From an uncultured Gammaproteobacteria bacterium (GTDB lineage: Bacteria; Pseudomonadota; Gammaproteobacteria; JABCZS01): a DNA stretch of 64,000 nucleotides. The stretch is taken from contig CAWKDC010000001.1 of the NCBI GenBank assembly GCA_963848305.1, forward strand, positions 1,344,001 through 1,408,000. The letters run 5' to 3'. Below, piece by piece: positions 1 through 10,195 of the stretch. The position numbers and the translations under genes were made by a program. Every line of letters begins with the position of its first letter. Position 1 is the stretch's first letter. Under the pieces are notes generated by a model. The model was not told the origin of the DNA. It ran no database searches and saw only the letters and a list, made by a program, of their open reading frames with translations.

Positions 1-71
1 TAGGCTCGAGTTCGGTGTCCACAACCCTTCACTGCGCACCACTTCACCTTTTCGGCGACTAAACGAGCATT

Positions 72-1169
72 CTACCGCGATTTCATCCACGCGTCGACTG
101 CCAGTGTTCGCGCCTTGTGGATCGCATTTTTAATGTCCAGTCCTTCATGTCCTTTGCTGACAGCGCGGACATCAATGTGGGCGGCGGCATGATAGGCTTT
201 ATCGAGATAATCGGCTTTTTCTTTTCCATCAATAGCTTCTATCGCAAGTAAAATATCTCGAAAACGTTTTTCACGCCGGAAGGGATCAAAACATTGGAGC
301 AGGTTCACGAGCTCCATGGCGGGGAGATCGTATAAGGCTTCGAGGTCGTGGGCATTATCAGTGAGTAAGTCGGGAATGACATGCCAATCGATGGGAATAT
401 TTTTGTTGATCAGCCGCAGGCCGCTCGCCAGGGCTGCAAAGCGGATGGCGGGATTGGACGTGAGGGCGCATGCAGCTTTTAAGTGGGCAAGGCGTGTCTC
501 TGACAGGGTCGCATCTAATTCGGGAAACAGGATTTTCAGCGCACCCGATTCACGCAATACCGCAATGTAGGCTTCCGGGTTTTGTTCGCTGAAAGCGCGT
601 TCCGTTTCCTTCCACACGCGCTCAGCCACCAGGGCATTGACTTCGCCCGCTTCGACCATTTGTTGCATCAGTTTCATGGTATCCGGTGCGACGGTGAAAC
701 CGAGATGGGCAAAGCGTGCGGCAAACCGGGCTGCTCGCAAGATACGGACAGGATCTTCTGCAAAGGCTTCACTCACGTGGCGTAATGTTTTGTGGATCAA
801 CAAATCGTCCTTGCCACCGTAAGGGTCGATCAGCTTGCCATCGGTGTCATCGATCGCCATTGCGTTGATGGTGAGATCGCGGCGTTTTAAATCTTCTTCG
901 AGGGTGACAGAAGGATCCGCGTGGCATTCAAACCCGTGATACCCTTTGCCGATTTTGCGCTCAGAACGGGCGAGGGCATATTCGGCTTTGGAATGGGGAT
1001 GTAAAAAAACGGGAAAGGATTTGCCGACGGGCATGAACCCTGCAGCGATCATCGCCTCGGGCGTAGTGCCAACGACGACATAATCGATTTCACTCGATGG
1101 GTAATGGAGCAATTCGTCGCGCACGGCGCCGCCGACGCGGTAGTATTTACCAGGAATGTTGATTTTCAT
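72..1169 (-). CDS. cca: tRNA nucleotidyltransferase (CCA-adding enzyme), class II, apparently without an intact HD domain
   Basis: VGGAVRD, EIDYVV, EEDLKRRDLTINAMA and EDPVRILRAARFAARF motifs. The start could be further upstream (ORF to 1196). Confidence 0.95.
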   Translation of the reverse strand: MKINIPGKYYRVGGAVRDELLHYPSSEIDYVVVGTTPEAMIAAGFMPVGKSFPVFLHPHSKAEYALARSERKIGKGYHGFECHADPSVTLEEDLKRRDLTINAMAIDDTDGKLIDPYGGKDDLLIHKTLRHVSEAFAEDPVRILRAARFAARFAHLGFTVAPDTMKLMQQMVEAGEVNALVAERVWKETERAFSEQNPEAYIAVLRESGALKILFPELDATLSETRLAHLKAACALTSNPAIRFAALASGLRLINKNIPIDWHVIPDLLTDNAHDLEALYDLPAMELVNLLQCFDPFRREKRFRDILLAIEAIDGKEKADYLDKAYHAAAHIDVRAVSKGHEGLDIKNAIHKARTLAVDAWMKSR

Positions 1170-1374
1170 CACTGAAATATACCTCATATCAATCATTAAA
1201 GGTAGTAGGGGTTTATCGTGTCCGAGTCGGTGTCATCCCATCATGAATGATGGGAGCAGATCCCTGGAGTGACCCCCAAATGCAAATCCATATAAGTGTA
1301 GTTGTGTAGGTTGTTTCAAAGGTATGCAAGTATAATGATATGGATTTTTAACTACTTGATAAATATTAATAAAA

Positions 1375-1719
1375 TGAGCCGATCGGTAAGCCGGGTTCTG
1401 TCGTGAACAATCATTCGTCTAGGCGTTACGTCACCATAACGCTCAAGCGACCAACCCGGCCAGCACTGGGCCATGCTATTAGGCCCCTATTTGGTCTTGC
1501 TCCAGGTGGGGTTTACCCTGCCACATCTGTTGCCAGATGCGCGGTGCGCTCTTACCGCACCATTTCACCCTTACCCTATTTTGCAAGCAAAATAAGGCGG
1601 TATCATTTCTGTGGCACTTTCCGTAGGCTTGCGCCTCCCAGGCGTTATCTGGCACCCTGCCCTAAGGAGCCCGGACTTTCCTCTCTCATTTGCATGACAG
1701 CGATTGTTTAATCGGCTCA
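1375..1719 (-). ncRNA. rnpB: RNase P RNA (class A)
   Basis: Minus strand carries GAGGAAAGTCCGGGCTCC, AGTGCCACAGAAA, GGGTGAAATGGTGCGGTAAGAGCGCACCGC, GGTAAACCCCACCTGGAGCAAG and ACAGAACCCGGCTTA; terminal P1 helix GAGCCGAT/ATCGGCTC. Confidence 0.97.
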
Positions 1720-1724
1720 CCGCG

Positions 1725-1753
1725 ATGATACGGGGTTTGACGGGATGATGCAA
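1725..1753 (-). promoter_or_regulatory. sigma70 promoter of rnpB with GC-rich discriminator
   Basis: TTGCAT-17 nt-TATCAT followed by CGCGG directly before the rnpB 5' end. Confidence 0.7.
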
Positions 1754-1797
1754 TAGGGGTAGACTTGGGCTTGGCTTTTAAATTTTGGGAGAAGAAA

Positions 1798-2986
1798 ATG
1801 GCTACTAGTGTTGATGATGTTCAATTTCTTATTATCCAGGACTCTAATGATAAGGGTGCTGTTAACAACATTACTCATGACGGGGTGTTGAGTCATTCTC
1901 AATTAGTCGTTCGTGGCCATGCTGAAGGAGAGCCAACCAATTTGGCCATGAGCATTTTGCTTCCTGGTGGTGCGCCCTGCATTCTTTTGATAGAGAGGTT
2001 GACAGGGGACACAGCAGTGATTGCTAAGCATGTGAGGGAGTCTATTCTGCCTATGGTGGCTCATGCATACAGGCAACCTTTCAAATACCCTGATTCAAAT
2101 CGAGACAGTGCTATTCTTGAGATACTTAATCAAAAAAAGGAAATTGAAAGTACCAATGAAGTATCGTTTAATCTCTCTGTAGGTGCTGTCCAAAATGTTG
2201 CCGATTCGACGTGTTATCAAAGACAATTCTCTGGTTTTGTGACGGGCACTGCGAAGTTTTATCTCAAAGGTATAGGTTATATAAAGGATGGCGAAACAAT
2301 AAAATACCATCAACATGGTACAGCGTCCACAGCAAAAGATTTCACAACATTCAATGAACAGGTTCTTGCCGGTCAGCATATTGTAGGAGTTTTGGGCGTG
2401 GATTCAAAAGTATTGACTTGCACCGATGTTGTGGGGGGCGAAAGCCGAGACAACCCTTGGAATTTGAACGGGTTTACAAAAGAAAACTTTAAATTTTCAG
2501 GTTCATTGGCAGCCGTTGCAGCACAAGTGTTAGACCACTCAGGTCATATGCAGTCGGATAACTGGCGTGCTGCAATAGCCAACTGTACACAGTTGAGCAC
2601 AAATAAGAGTAAGCAGAGTGAGCCTGGGGGTTCTGGGAGAAGTGATGTTTCTGCAAGCAGCACTGTTCCCTTGTTGCCGAGTTTCTTCTCAAATGTCTCA
2701 TTCGCCACGGTTCCTCCCGCTCTGTGGTATGGTCTGGCGAGTGTGATCATTTGCTCAGCAGTATTGGCCATCGCAGATACGTTTGGAGGCGACCCGATCA
2801 CGAACCTGATGAATGATCGGACGCAATGATCATTGGTTCGACGGTGATATCGGCAAGCATGCTGCCAGTGGGTTTGCATTCCCAGGGGCTTTGACCGCGA
2901 TAGTAGGCGTTGGATGCTTGTTTTACTATGGTGGGGCGAAAGCTTATGCAGCGTGCCGATCTTCTGAGAAGCCGAAACCCGAATAA
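1798..2986 (+). CDS. Orphan protein, possible degenerate PP2C-like domain plus C-terminal transmembrane hairpin; +1 indel at ~2823
   Basis: ORF 1765..2829 continues in the +1 frame (NDHWFDGDIGKHAASGFAFPGALTAIVGVGCLFYYGG...KPKPE*) to TAA 2986, giving a second hydrophobic helix. Confidence 0.6.
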
Positions 2987-2990
2987 AGGT

Positions 2991-3061
2991 GTAGGGGCGG
3001 GTATTCCCGCCCGTGCGCCGTAGGCGCGACTCGACGCAGGGGCGCAAATATGCGCCCCTAC
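2991..3061. repeat. GTAG-type REP-like palindrome doublet
   Basis: GTAGGGGCGGGTATTCCCGCCCGTGCGCCGTAGGCGCG (identical at 63609-63646) followed by the palindrome AGGGGCGCAAATATGCGCCCCTAC. Confidence 0.8.
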
Positions 3062-4302
3062 AATACCTTCCGTACCCCCACATTCTTCAAATGACGGTAA
3101 TCCGGCAACCCGTTGAGATAGGGCGGATAATCTTCGCCCTGGATCAACGGTTCTAGGTAATCGCGGCAGGCTTGCGTGATACCAAACCCTTCTGCATCGA
3201 TGTAATGATCAGGCACTTTCTTTTCCTGATTGGCCAAATCGACCAAGGGCGCTTCTTGCACAGTCCACATGTAGGGAATGTTAGATTGCCGCACAATGAT
3301 GGGCATCACCGCATTTTTACCGGCTACTGCATATTCAACAGCCGCTTTGCCCACCGCATACGCTTGTTCTGCATCCACCGCAGAGGCCAAATGCCGCGCA
3401 CTGCGTTGCAAATAATCTAAGACAGCCCAATGGTATTTCAAACCGAGTTTTTCTTTCACCAATGATGCCACGGTGGGTGCAACGCCGCCGAGTTGGGCAT
3501 GACCGAAGGCATCTTTCGAGCCATTGTTACTCAAGAAACGGCCCGATGCATCTTTAACACCTTCTGACACCACGATCGAACAAAAACCAAATTGTTTCAC
3601 GCAATCAGATACTTTTGCTAAAAAAATGTCTGGATGGAACGTGCGTTCAGGAAATAAAATAATGTGTGGCCCCTCTTTGGGGGTATTCTTGGCAAGACCC
3701 GCGGCAGCGGCGATCCAACCGGCATGACGGCCCATCACTTCCATGATGAAGACTTGCGTGGAGGAAGAACACATCGAGGCAATGTCAAACGAGGCTTCAC
3801 GGATGCTGGTCGCAACATATTTGGCGACAGAGCCAAAGCCGGGGCAAGTGTCCGTGAGGGGCAAATCATTGTCGATCGTTTTGGGAATGCCGATGCATTG
3901 AATAGGATAACCCATTTTTTTGCCAAGTTGGGAGATTTTGTAGGCAGTATCGGCGGAGTCGTTACCGCCATTGTACAAAAATACATCAATCTTGTGTGCG
4001 GCGAACACGGTCATCAAACGTTCATATTCAGTAGGATCTGTTTCGAGTGTCTTCAATTTATAGCGACAAGAGCCAAAAGCACCGCCTGGTGTGGAGCGCA
4101 GCGCGCTGATCGCGACAGGAGATTCATGTGAGGTATCAATTAAATCTTCCTGCAAAACACCAAGGATGCCATTGCGGGCGGCGTACACATGGCCGACTTT
4201 GGCGTGCAGGTTACGGGCAGTTTCGATCACACCAGCCGCGGTTGCATTGATAACGGCCGTGACACCGCCGGATTGTGCGTATAGAATGTTGATAGGCTTC
4301 AT
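3058..4302 (-). CDS. pfp: 6-phosphofructokinase, likely pyrophosphate-dependent
   Basis: QSGGVTAVIN, GGNDS, PKTIDND and MEVMGRHAGW motifs. Asp in GGxD and Lys in PKTIDND are the PPi-type signature. Confidence 0.9.
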   Translation of the reverse strand: MKPINILYAQSGGVTAVINATAAGVIETARNLHAKVGHVYAARNGILGVLQEDLIDTSHESPVAISALRSTPGGAFGSCRYKLKTLETDPTEYERLMTVFAAHKIDVFLYNGGNDSADTAYKISQLGKKMGYPIQCIGIPKTIDNDLPLTDTCPGFGSVAKYVATSIREASFDIASMCSSSTQVFIMEVMGRHAGWIAAAAGLAKNTPKEGPHIILFPERTFHPDIFLAKVSDCVKQFGFCSIVVSEGVKDASGRFLSNNGSKDAFGHAQLGGVAPTVASLVKEKLGLKYHWAVLDYLQRSARHLASAVDAEQAYAVGKAAVEYAVAGKNAVMPIIVRQSNIPYMWTVQEAPLVDLANQEKKVPDHYIDAEGFGITQACRDYLEPLIQGEDYPPYLNGLPDYRHLKNVGVRKVL

Positions 4303-4370
4303 GATAACCTCAATTTTGATGCGACGTGGAATTATAGAATACTTTAACTTCAAATAGGAAACATTTGTTT

Positions 4371-5729
4371 ATGCATATTCACATCATGGGTGTTGCGGGA
4401 ACGTTTATGGCAGGTGTTGCCCGCCTTGCTAAAAATATGGGATATACCGTGACTGGTTCTGAGCAAGCCGCAGTCTATCCGCCGATGAGCACACAGCTGG
4501 AACAAGATGGCATCGCACTCATGGCGCCCTATGCGGCGGCGAATCTGAATCCGCGCCCTGATCATGTGATCGTGGGGAATGCCATCAAACGCGGCAATCC
4601 TGAGATTGAAGCCGTATTGAATCAAAATATTCCTTATAGCAGCGGCCCTGAATGGCTAGCGAAGCATTGTTTGGAGGGGCGGCATGTGATGGCGGTCGCA
4701 GGCACGCATGGCAAAACCACGACGAGTACGTTGCTCACGTGGATACTACATGAAAACAACATCGACACAGGCTATTTGATTGGGGGTGTTCCCCGTTGTC
4801 TGCCTGGATCGGCTTATTTAGGCACAGCACCCTTTTTCGTCATTGAAGCCGATGAATATGACAGTGCTTTTTTTGATAAGCGTTCAAAATTCATTCATTA
4901 CCGTCCCCGTACGGCGATCATCAATAATATTGAATATGATCATGCGGATATTTTTGAAAATGTTGCCGCGATTCAAAAACAATTTCATCATTTGATTCGC
5001 ACGATTCCCTCAGAAGGATTGATTGTGCATCCGAGTGACGATCCCTTGGTCGCTGAGACATTAAACATGGGCGTGTGGACACCGTGCGAAACATTTGGAT
5101 TAACACGCGCATCCATGCGGGCTGAATTATTGAAACCGGATGGCAGTGAATTCAATGTATTTCATCATGATAAGCTCATCGGTAAAGTAACCTGGGCATT
5201 AACGGGTGAGCATAATGTGCTGAACGCATTGGCGGCGATCACCGCTGCACAAAATGCGAATGTTTCACCAGCAGCTGCGTTGGAACCGCTCTGTCGTTTT
5301 CAAGCGCCAAAACGTCGGATGGAATTGATCGTGGATCATAATGGCATATGTGTTTATGATGACTTTGCACATCATCCCACGGCGATTGAAAAGACATTGC
5401 ACGGTTTGCGCATGAAGGTAGGAAAATCGAAAATCATTGTGTTGCTCGAAATGCGATCTTACAGCATGCGTTCAAATATTCACGGGGATGCGGTGATTCA
5501 TGCTTTGTCAGATGCGGATGAAGTATATGTGTTAAAACCCAAGGAATCTGCTGAAGCGATTGATGCATTGACGCGTGATCAACATAATTGGTTTTGTTTT
5601 GATGATGTTCAAATGATCCTGAAAAAATTGATACCAACACTTAAATCAGGCGAGCATGTATTGATCATGAGTAATGGGTCGTTTGATGGATTGCGGGAGA
5701 AGTTGATTGATGTACTGGGTCCCAGATAG
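4371..5729 (+). CDS. mpl: UDP-N-acetylmuramate:L-alanyl-gamma-D-glutamyl-meso-diaminopimelate ligase
   Basis: MHIHIMGVAGTFMAG, AGTHGKTTT, EADEYDSAFFDKRSKF, DDFAHHPTAI. Confidence 0.95.
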   Translation: MHIHIMGVAGTFMAGVARLAKNMGYTVTGSEQAAVYPPMSTQLEQDGIALMAPYAAANLNPRPDHVIVGNAIKRGNPEIEAVLNQNIPYSSGPEWLAKHCLEGRHVMAVAGTHGKTTTSTLLTWILHENNIDTGYLIGGVPRCLPGSAYLGTAPFFVIEADEYDSAFFDKRSKFIHYRPRTAIINNIEYDHADIFENVAAIQKQFHHLIRTIPSEGLIVHPSDDPLVAETLNMGVWTPCETFGLTRASMRAELLKPDGSEFNVFHHDKLIGKVTWALTGEHNVLNALAAITAAQNANVSPAAALEPLCRFQAPKRRMELIVDHNGICVYDDFAHHPTAIEKTLHGLRMKVGKSKIIVLLEMRSYSMRSNIHGDAVIHALSDADEVYVLKPKESAEAIDALTRDQHNWFCFDDVQMILKKLIPTLKSGEHVLIMSNGSFDGLREKLIDVLGPR

Positions 5730-5852
5730 ACCTAGCGGTCTTCCGGGATGCGTTCGAATCATGCTTTGCATGAAAACTTGATTGATGTACTGGGGCCCGG
5801 ATAGACCTAGCGGTCTTCCGGGATGCGTTCGAATCATGCTTCGCATGATTCT
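5698..5852. repeat. 75-bp tandem duplication covering the mpl 3' end and two hairpins (CGTC-like REP)
   Basis: 5703-5773 and 5778-5848 are identical except for 3 nt; hairpins CCCRGATAGACC..GGTCTTCCGGG and GAATCATGC-TTC-GCATGATTC. Confidence 0.85.
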
Positions 5853-5869
5853 CACTGACAGAGGTAGAT

Positions 5870-7096
5870 ATGATAACTCGGATTTGGTTTGGTTTTTTTG
5901 TGATCAGCTTTTTGAGCGCTTGTGTATTGTATATCACAAAAGGTCAAAGTGCAATTTTTGGCGATATGGTCAGTTCTATTTTCGACAGTTCTAAACAATC
6001 CGTTGACATTATTATAGGTCTGATTGGTACGATGTGTTTTTGGCTCGGCATATTTGAAGTGGCTAAAGAGGCGAAAATTGTGGATAAATTGGCTGCGGGA
6101 TTACAGCCTTTATTTCGGCGGATCATGCCTGATGTGCCGACCAATCATCCTGCACATGCCAGCATCACCATGAATTTGGCAGCGAATATGCTGGGGCTTG
6201 ATAATGCCGCAACGCCAGTTGGTTTGCAAGCGATGAAAGATTTGCAAACACTCAATCCCCATCAACATACGGCAAGTGACGCACAAATTTTATTTGTCGT
6301 CTTGAACAGTTCAGCGGTCACCCTGATCCCTGTTTCTATTTTCATGTATCGCGCACAATTGGGCGCGAGCAATCCTGCATTGGTGTTTATGCCCATTTTA
6401 TTGGCTACGTCGGCATCAACTTTTGTCGGTCTTTTATCAGTTGCCTTCATGCAAAAAATTAAAATCATGCAGCCGGTTGTGATGGCGTATTTACTGTCTT
6501 TTTGTTTTTTGATCAGCATGGTGATATATTATTTTTCACAGCTCAATCCAGAGCAGTTGGTTGATCGATCGCAATTGTTTGCGAATTTCACAGTGATATC
6601 GATTGTGATGTTATTTTTAGGTATTGGCATGTGGAAAAAGGTCGATATTTACGCATCTTTTATTAAGGGTGCAAAGCAAGGTGTCATGATAGGCCTTAGA
6701 GTGTTGCCTTATTTGGTTGCCATGCTCGCGGCAGTGGCATTATTGCGCAGTAGCCAAGTGATGGATCATTGTTTGAATGGGATGGCATGGGTGGTGCGTT
6801 GGATTGGTTTGGATGATGCCTTTGTTCCTGCGTTGAGTACTGCATTCATGAGACCCTTGAGTGGATCAGGTTCACGCGCCACGATGATTGAAACCATGCA
6901 GCATTATGGTGTGGACAGTTTTCCGGGATTAGTCGCTGCTGTCGTGCAAGGCAGCACGGAAACAACTTTTTATGTGTTAGCAGTGTATTTCGGATGTGTG
7001 GGACTCACACAGGGTCGCCATGCAATTGGGTGCGCACTGCTGGCGGATGTAGCGGGGATAGTCACAGCGATTCTTTTGTGTTATTGGTTTTTCTAG
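5870..7096 (+). CDS. SpmA/SpmB fused nucleoside-recognition (gate) domain membrane protein
   Basis: NLAANMLGLDNAATPVGLQAM, RPLSGSG and QGSTETTFYVLAVYFG motifs. Confidence 0.9.
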   Translation: MITRIWFGFFVISFLSACVLYITKGQSAIFGDMVSSIFDSSKQSVDIIIGLIGTMCFWLGIFEVAKEAKIVDKLAAGLQPLFRRIMPDVPTNHPAHASITMNLAANMLGLDNAATPVGLQAMKDLQTLNPHQHTASDAQILFVVLNSSAVTLIPVSIFMYRAQLGASNPALVFMPILLATSASTFVGLLSVAFMQKIKIMQPVVMAYLLSFCFLISMVIYYFSQLNPEQLVDRSQLFANFTVISIVMLFLGIGMWKKVDIYASFIKGAKQGVMIGLRVLPYLVAMLAAVALLRSSQVMDHCLNGMAWVVRWIGLDDAFVPALSTAFMRPLSGSGSRATMIETMQHYGVDSFPGLVAAVVQGSTETTFYVLAVYFGCVGLTQGRHAIGCALLADVAGIVTAILLCYWFF

Positions 7097-7105
7097 GAGA
7101 TACAA

Positions 7106-7711
7106 ATGGCAGCAGAAAAATTTGTGGGTGATTTCATGTTATTGTGGGCCACGATTGATCCGATCGGTACGTTGGCATTATTTGCAGGTGTGACAGCTCA
7201 GATGTCAGCCAAAAAACGTTATCAAACGGCGTTGAAGGCAACCCTATATTCCGCAGTGATTTTACTGGGTTCGATTGTGGTTGGGCAGATCATTTTAAAA
7301 GGCATGGGTATTGAACTTGAGGCCTTGCAAGTCGGCGGTGGTATCATTTTATTTCTATTTGGTCTGCAAATGGTCTTTGGTGATCTCGAGCATAAATTAT
7401 CCGTCGAGCCAGAGAAGGGACATGATATTGCTGTGTTCCCATTGGCAATTCCCTCAATTGCCAGTCCGGGTGCCATTACTGCAGCGATTATATTGACAGA
7501 TAATGATGTGTATCCTATCGTCGTTCAAGCAGGAACCGCGTTGATGTTGATTGCAGTGTTGGCGATTACGTTTGTGTTAATGCTGAGTGCAACCACCGTG
7601 CTACGTGTGATTGGTAACAGTGGTGCGTCTATCATCATTCGCGTGATGGGATTGATTTTGGCGGCGTTGTCGGTGCAATTGATTTATCAGGCATTCGGCT
7701 TTTCTTTCTAA
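7106..7711 (+). CDS. MarC family membrane protein
   Basis: IDPIG, GGIILFLFGLQM, AVFPLAIPSIASPGAI, RVMGLILAALSVQ. Confidence 0.92.
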   Translation: MAAEKFVGDFMLLWATIDPIGTLALFAGVTAQMSAKKRYQTALKATLYSAVILLGSIVVGQIILKGMGIELEALQVGGGIILFLFGLQMVFGDLEHKLSVEPEKGHDIAVFPLAIPSIASPGAITAAIILTDNDVYPIVVQAGTALMLIAVLAITFVLMLSATTVLRVIGNSGASIIIRVMGLILAALSVQLIYQAFGFSF

Positions 7712-7718
7712 GGTGGGC

Positions 7719-7746
7719 GTGAGGATCCAGCATGCTGCGTCCTTAC
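7719..7746. repeat. 28-bp imperfect palindrome (REP-like) at the left edge of the T6SS cluster
   Basis: GTGAGGATCCAGCA|TGCTGCGTCCTTAC. Confidence 0.55.
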
Positions 7747-7825
7747 CAGAGCGTCAACATATCCTTGATATTTTATATAATATGTGTTTAAATTTCCGTC
7801 GAATAATAAAAACGGAAAGATAAAT

Positions 7826-9539
7826 ATGTCAAATAACATCCAATTTACGATCGACAATCAACCATTTAAGATCATTTCTGCGCGCATTCACGAGCAAATC
7901 AATCAACCTTACTGGGGCGAATGTCACCTGCGACATGATGGGTTGGTCTGGTCCTCAATCACTCATGGGAAAAAGCGCCCTATTATTTTCAGAAGTTGCT
8001 GACATTAAGCGATATTTTCATCTGATCATCACGTCTGTCACGACCTATGCGGGTGATCCACATTCATTCATAGTGAAAGGTGAGTCGCCAATGTGTGGAC
8101 TTAAGCACGCTTATCGGTCAAGAAGCTTTTCAAATATCACTACACGTGAATTAATAAATAGGCTGGTCACAAATATTCATTGGAATGGTGAATCATCCGA
8201 TCACATTCATGAATATGTTGAGCAGCATCAATGTTCGGATATGGATTTGTTTCAACGTCTGATTTATCAAATGAATTTAGTTTATTATTGTAAATCCGAC
8301 GAATATTCTACAAAAGTTTATGTTGAAAAAATGCATTACAAGGGTGATATCACATCCTTTCCATTTTTACCGGGTCGAGCAGCTTCGGATCAGACATTAA
8401 AAATCAATGCGATTGAAGGCGATGATCACACATTTTATTGCGTGACCAATATATTATCACTGCAACCACATGGCGTTTTCTCATTGGAAGGACATCCTAC
8501 CATCACATATAACCGTGAGTACCGAATATTGGAAAATGAACATGTTTGGCAAGAAAATGATATTGCGTACCAACATCATTTAACAGTGGAGCCGGCCAAC
8601 AGTGTGAACAGTCACCATGTTCAGCATCCCACCAATAAAGTACCTTATATATCTGTGGCAGTCGTACAAAGTAATCCGCATACATTGCTGAATGATCAGG
8701 GTAAATATCATATTCAGCCACTGGAAATGTCAAAACGACTCCCGAATGAAAGACAATATGCCGTACCCATGTCTGGATCCTATGTTGGTAATGATTTCGG
8801 CATGCATTTTCCGCTCGCAGAACACACGGAAGTGTTGATAGCACGAATGGACGGTTATGTGGATAAGCCATTCATCATGGGCGCTTGGTATAACAGTGTT
8901 CACATTAATCCCATCACAGAGATATATCCTGATCAGCATGTGATAAAAACGCAAGGAAAAAATTCGTTGTTGATGAACGATGATAAGATCAGCCCTTCTT
9001 TGTGTATTGAAACGGCACTTCAAGAGCAGTCTATTACATTTGAAGCAGAGACGAATGCAGTCAGCGTGAACATGAATAGTCAGCGTGGCTGTGTCATGCT
9101 TGAAGCAGATCAAGACATTGCTTTATGCACAAAAGCTTCTTTGAATGTTGCAGTGGAGGGTGAAATGGATATGAATGCAAAATCCTTGCAATGCATTGCG
9201 ACAGACAATGACATCACTTTTCATTGTGGGAATGATCAAAAAATGGTTGCTCAAAAAAATGTGAACATTAAAATGGGCAATCACTTATCAATCACTGCCG
9301 ATAAAAGTGTAGCGATGGACATCAAAAAAGAATATTATTTATCCTGTCAGGGAAACAGCCGAATGAATGCTGAGCATGGAAAAATGCTGTTGTCATCAAG
9401 TCAATCGACGAGTTTTCTATCAGATCAAATTAATATAATCGCAGGAGGTTCCACAATGTGTATGAAAAACAATGGAATTGGAATATTATCTGCTCAACTG
9501 ATAACGATCAATGTAGACGCCATCAATATTAAGTCATGA
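7826..9539 (+). CDS. vgrG: Type VI secretion spike VgrG (TssI), compact; +1 indel near 7949
   Basis: N-terminal IHEQINQPY, YVEQHQCSDMDLFQRL, LQPHGVFSLEGHP, LNDQGKY, the gp5-OB motif YVGNDFGMHFPLAEHTEVLIA...DKPFIMGAWYN and a C-terminal beta-repeat region. ORFs 7784..8002 and 7935..9539 join. Confidence 0.85.
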
Positions 9540-9577
9540 GTCAGAGCAAAATGGTATTAATCCCATAAAAAAAATGA

Positions 9578-9607
9578 TTGACAATTAAAATAAAATAATT
9601 ATAGAAT
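9578..9607 (+). promoter_or_regulatory. sigma70-like promoter of the tssJ-tssG operon
   Basis: TTGACA-18 nt-TAGAAT in a very AT-rich intergenic region. Confidence 0.6.
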
Positions 9608-9712
9608 GCATTACTGAAGTTAAAATAAATACAGATGGAGTTTTAATGATGAATAACAACATTTAGTTTTCGACACAGCCATTTTTAATTCATTTTTTTA
9701 AGAGAGCCAATC

Positions 9713-10183
9713 ATGGAGCGATTAGAGATTTTTTGCGCCAAAATTTTTATCTTATGCTGCATTCTCACAATGATAGCCGGTTGTGGTTCGCCAAAAGTAA
9801 AGGTGAATGTTGCAGCAGATCAATCATTGAATCAAGACAATCAGCAGCGTTCATTGCCAGTGGTATTGCGTGTTTACCAGCTCAGTGCCAAAACAAAATT
9901 TGAGCAAGCTGATTTTAAACAAATATGGAAACAGGATACAGCATTTCTTGGTGCTGAATTATTGGCTAAAGAAGAATATTTAGTGCATCCTGGCAAAAAA
10001 AGCACATTAAAATATCCAAAAGTAGACGGCGCGAAATATATCGGTGTCGTTGCGTTGTTTAGAAATATCGAGCAGCATCATTGGCAGATCGTTAAGCCAG
10101 TGGGTCAATCGTTATTAACGCAGCATTTTTCAAGTACGCTGAAAATGAGAATGAAAGATAATACCATTAGATCGACGCTATAA
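9713..10183 (+). CDS. tssJ: T6SS outer-membrane lipoprotein TssJ
   Basis: Lipobox IAGC; LNQDNQQRSLPVVLRVYQL; YIGVVALFR. Confidence 0.9.
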   Translation: MERLEIFCAKIFILCCILTMIAGCGSPKVKVNVAADQSLNQDNQQRSLPVVLRVYQLSAKTKFEQADFKQIWKQDTAFLGAELLAKEEYLVHPGKKSTLKYPKVDGAKYIGVVALFRNIEQHHWQIVKPVGQSLLTQHFSSTLKMRMKDNTIRSTL

Positions 10184-10195
10184 GAAGGTTATAAA

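Noticed and set aside
1200-1370. Hairpin TCCCATCATGAATGATGGGA and inverted AAATCCATAT pair between cca and rnpB
   Set aside because: No U-tract and no second copy; cannot be assigned as a terminator or element.
1403-1753. ORFs 1403..1711 and 1571..1753
   Set aside because: They overlap the RNase P RNA gene and are typical shadow ORFs.
5646-5994. Short ORFs over the mpl-spmAB junction
   Set aside because: By-products of the 75-bp duplication; they overlap real genes.
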